Made by a program: the position numbers and the translations under genes. Positions 61,372 to 64,000 of a stretch of 64,000 nt of DNA are shown here, piece after piece (position 1 is the stretch's first letter; the number at the start of each line of letters is the position of its first letter). Source of the stretch: Acholeplasma sp. GTDB lineage: Bacteria; Bacillota_I; Bacilli_A; Acholeplasmatales; UBA5453. Below the pieces are notes generated by a model. It was not told the DNA's origin and did no database searches. It was given only the letters and a program-made list of their open reading frames with translations. Location: contig JAVBWN010000012.1 of the NCBI GenBank assembly GCA_036677365.1, forward strand, positions 128,001-192,000, in the 5' to 3' direction.

Positions 61372-61914
61372 ATGTTAGGCAACCAAAGGATCATTCCAGC
61401 CATCAGTAATCACCAAGAACTGAGGCTGTTCTTACAAACCAGTTTAACCTATGGCATATTGATGAATTTTCAATTGGCACAGTTACCTGATTTGGTTTTA
61501 GAAATGAAAAGCAAACAGAAAAAAGTCCTCATCCACTCTGAATTGATCAAAGGGTTGAGTTCCGATGAGTTTGGGGCGATATACCTCATTCAATCCCTCA
61601 AAGTCGATGGCATCATTTCATCGAAACCCAAAGTGATTGAAGTGTGTAAAAAGCGAAAAGTGGTAGGCATTTTAAGATTCTTCTTGAAAGACTCCATTTC
61701 ACTCGAACAAAGCTTAGAAGTAGCGAGTAAAACCAACCCAGACTACCTAGAAGTTTTACCAGCACTTTGTATCGATGTCATTCCAGAAATCAAACAACAC
61801 ATCCATTGTGACATCATGATGGGTGGCTTGATTCGAACCAAAGACCAAATAGCCGCTTGCCTACTTGCAGGTGCGGTCGCGGTCACTACATCCAATCCGA
61901 AGTTTTGGATCTAA
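61372..61914 (+). CDS. glpP: Glycerol-3-phosphate-responsive antiterminator
   Basis: 'IIPAI', 'H.ELIKGL', 'DGIISSK', 'R.FL.DS', 'EVLPA', 'GGLI', 'GAVAVTTS'. Confidence 0.92.
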   Translation: MLGNQRIIPAISNHQELRLFLQTSLTYGILMNFQLAQLPDLVLEMKSKQKKVLIHSELIKGLSSDEFGAIYLIQSLKVDGIISSKPKVIEVCKKRKVVGILRFFLKDSISLEQSLEVASKTNPDYLEVLPALCIDVIPEIKQHIHCDIMMGGLIRTKDQIAACLLAGAVAVTTSNPKFWI

Positions 61915-61933
61915 ACACAAATTAATATTTTAA

Positions 61934-61991
61934 AGAGAGATAAGAGAGAAAATGCATGTATTCATACATCCTTTTTCTCTTTTTAAATTTT
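61934..61991 (+). promoter_or_regulatory. GlpP-type leader terminator ahead of the G3P dehydrogenase
   Basis: AGAGAGATAAGAGAGAAAA...TTTTCTCTTTTT. Confidence 0.6.
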
Positions 61992-62004
61992 ATAGGAGGC
62001 CTTC

Positions 62005-63441
62005 ATGAAAGACTATATCATCATCGGGTCCGGTATCATCGGATCCCTCATTACCCGTGAATTATCGAAATACCCTGTATCTGTGTTGGTAATCGATAAA
62101 GAAAACGACATCGCGAGTCACCAAACCATCGCCAACAGTGCGATCATCCATTCCGGACATGACCCCAAACCTGGGACACTGAAAGCCCGTTTGTGCGTAG
62201 AAGGGAATCAAATGTACGATGTTTTAGAAAAAGAACTCGACATTCCGTTACTCCGAACCGGGGCCTACGTGGTTGCCCATAATCACTTTGAAGAACAAAT
62301 GCTTCAAGACTTACAACAACGCGCCAAACAAAATCATGTGATGGGGACTTATTTTTTAAGCGGTGATGAAGCACGAAAAGTTGAACCTAGGTTGTCTGAA
62401 ACCATCACCAAAGTATTGTCCTTACCTACAACAAAAGTGACTTTCCCTTGGGAAGTCGCGATTCACGCGATAGCCAACGCCATCAAAAATGGGGCTGAAT
62501 TTAAAAGGAATGCCCACGTTATATCCATCGATAAGAAAGCAGATCATTACCTCTTGAACCTAAAAGATGGTACGCAATTAGAGGCTAAACATGTCATCAA
62601 CGCGGCCGGCGTCATGAGTGATATCATTGCTGCGATGATCGAAGAACAGCCTGAATTTGAAATCAAACCTCGAAAAGGGGAATATTTTGTTTTAGACCGT
62701 AAAGCCGTAGGGTTATTCAACCATGTGATTTACCCACTGCCAACCAAAGCAGGTAAAGGGGTCCTCATCGTTCCCCAAACCCATGGGAATATCTTACTTG
62801 GACCTACCTCATATGAGGTGACAGACCGTGAAGATGAATCCACCACGAGAGACGGTATGAAGTATATTAAAGAACAACTCAAATCGTTATCGAATCAAAT
62901 TCCGTTTGATATTATCATTAGAAACTTTGCAGGTGTTAGAGCCACATCAACGTATGAAGATTTCTACATTCAAGAATCCAAAGTCCACAAAGGTTTTTAT
63001 CACGTAGCAGGCATCGATTCACCAGGGTTAACGGCAGCCCCAGCGATTGCGAAATATGTGGTTGAAGAAGTCATTAAGATGGATTTAAAACCCAAACCAG
63101 ATTTCAACCCCGATCATAAAGCCATCCCATTATTCCATACATTACCTGATGAAGACAAAAAGATGGCCATCCAACAATACCCAAAGCATGGACACCTGGT
63201 CTGTAAGTGTGAAAAGATAACCGAACAAGACATCATCGATGCCATCCATAGCCTAACCGGCAACGACACCATCAAAGGCATTAAAAAGCGTGCCCGTGCT
63301 GGGGCAGGTTTATGTCAAGGGGGCTATTGTGAATCAGAAGTATTGAAGATCATTGCGAGAGAAACCAAGAAAAAACCAAATGAAGTGAATTACTACGCAG
63401 AAAACACACCGATACTTGTAAAGGAGACGAAAACCAAATGA
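62005..63441 (+). CDS. FAD-dependent glycerol-3-phosphate dehydrogenase/oxidase-like protein with C-terminal BFD-like [2Fe-2S] domain
   Basis: GSGIIG, 'ANSAIIHSG', 'GIDSPGLTAAPA', 'CKCE...G.G.CQGGYC'. Follows glpP. Confidence 0.88.
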   Translation: MKDYIIIGSGIIGSLITRELSKYPVSVLVIDKENDIASHQTIANSAIIHSGHDPKPGTLKARLCVEGNQMYDVLEKELDIPLLRTGAYVVAHNHFEEQMLQDLQQRAKQNHVMGTYFLSGDEARKVEPRLSETITKVLSLPTTKVTFPWEVAIHAIANAIKNGAEFKRNAHVISIDKKADHYLLNLKDGTQLEAKHVINAAGVMSDIIAAMIEEQPEFEIKPRKGEYFVLDRKAVGLFNHVIYPLPTKAGKGVLIVPQTHGNILLGPTSYEVTDREDESTTRDGMKYIKEQLKSLSNQIPFDIIIRNFAGVRATSTYEDFYIQESKVHKGFYHVAGIDSPGLTAAPAIAKYVVEEVIKMDLKPKPDFNPDHKAIPLFHTLPDEDKKMAIQQYPKHGHLVCKCEKITEQDIIDAIHSLTGNDTIKGIKKRARAGAGLCQGGYCESEVLKIIARETKKKPNEVNYYAENTPILVKETKTK

Positions 63442-64000
63442 TGACCACCGACCTAACCATCATTGGGGGTGGGGCAGCCGGACTTGCTGCCGCACTGTCA
63501 GCCTATGATGACCATTTAAACATATTAATCATCGAACGTGAACCCCGTTTGGGGGGTATCCTAAACCAATGTATCCACAATGGGTTTGGCTTACACATGT
63601 TTCAAGAAGAGCTCACCGGTCCAGAATACGCGACCCGTTTCATTGAATCTCTGAAAAATAAGAACATTGAAGTATTGTTGGGAACCACCGTCATCGACAT
63701 TCAAAAGAAAACCAACTTTGACATCACACTCACCAGCGAAAAAGATGGGTATCAGCACTTAAGATCGAAAGCCGTCATCATCGCTTCTGGGTGTTATGAA
63801 CGTACCCGTGGGGCCGTTCAAATCCCTGGCGAAAGACCCAAAGGCATCATGCCTGCAGGCAGTGCACAGCGCTATTTGAACATGGAAGGGTATTTGGTGG
63901 GTAAACGTGTTTTTATCTTAGGCAGTGGCGACATTGGACTTATCATGGCCAGACGCATGACTTTAGAAGGGGCACAAGTCTTAGGTGTGGCTGAACTCAT
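63438..64000 (+). CDS. NAD(P)/FAD-dependent oxidoreductase (partial, runs off the window)
   Basis: ATGA overlap with the previous stop. Translates MMTTDLTIIGGGAAGLAAA...GGILNQCIHNGFG...ILGSGDIGLIMARR. Confidence 0.88.
   Translation, partial: MMTTDLTIIGGGAAGLAAALSAYDDHLNILIIEREPRLGGILNQCIHNGFGLHMFQEELTGPEYATRFIESLKNKNIEVLLGTTVIDIQKKTNFDITLTSEKDGYQHLRSKAVIIASGCYERTRGAVQIPGERPKGIMPAGSAQRYLNMEGYLVGKRVFILGSGDIGLIMARRMTLEGAQVLGVAEL

Overview
AT-rich bacterial DNA in the standard genetic code (TGG=Trp, TGA=stop) with many lipoproteins carrying InlB-B, DUF5011 and Ig repeats. This is most consistent with an Acholeplasmatales-like mollicute (inference). From left to right: (1) 1-5.4 kb, a very AT-rich accessory segment with two orphan proteins ending in HEPN-like RxxxxH motifs and a membrane-anchored endonuclease I; (2) 5.5-17 kb, an ADP-ribose-handling cluster (two ADP-ribosylglycohydrolases, a macro-HTH protein, two vWA paralogues) with a CopZ/P1B-ATPase/Crp-Fnr cassette inside a partial tandem duplication; (3) an ABC fusion gene bracketed by a duplicated guaA terminator, then guaB-guaA; (4) a CPBP protease, an Abi_2/AbiF-type HEPN gene flanked on both sides by copies of a ~62-nt two-hairpin unit that each has its own sigma-70 promoter (best candidate for a novel system, a type III toxin-antitoxin-like RNA-protein module), and a Fic gene; (5) an S8 protease and an ArsR/P1B-4 ATPase pair; (6) 31.7-57.6 kb, carbohydrate loci including a pectin-utilisation cluster (PL1, PL2, GH105, Tog-like ABC, GPH symporter, large surface lipoproteins); (7) three tandem membrane paralogues, one with a nonsense codon, a membrane hydrolase, and the start of a GlpP-type glycerol operon. 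No rRNA, tRNA, CRISPR array, integrase or transposase was recognised.
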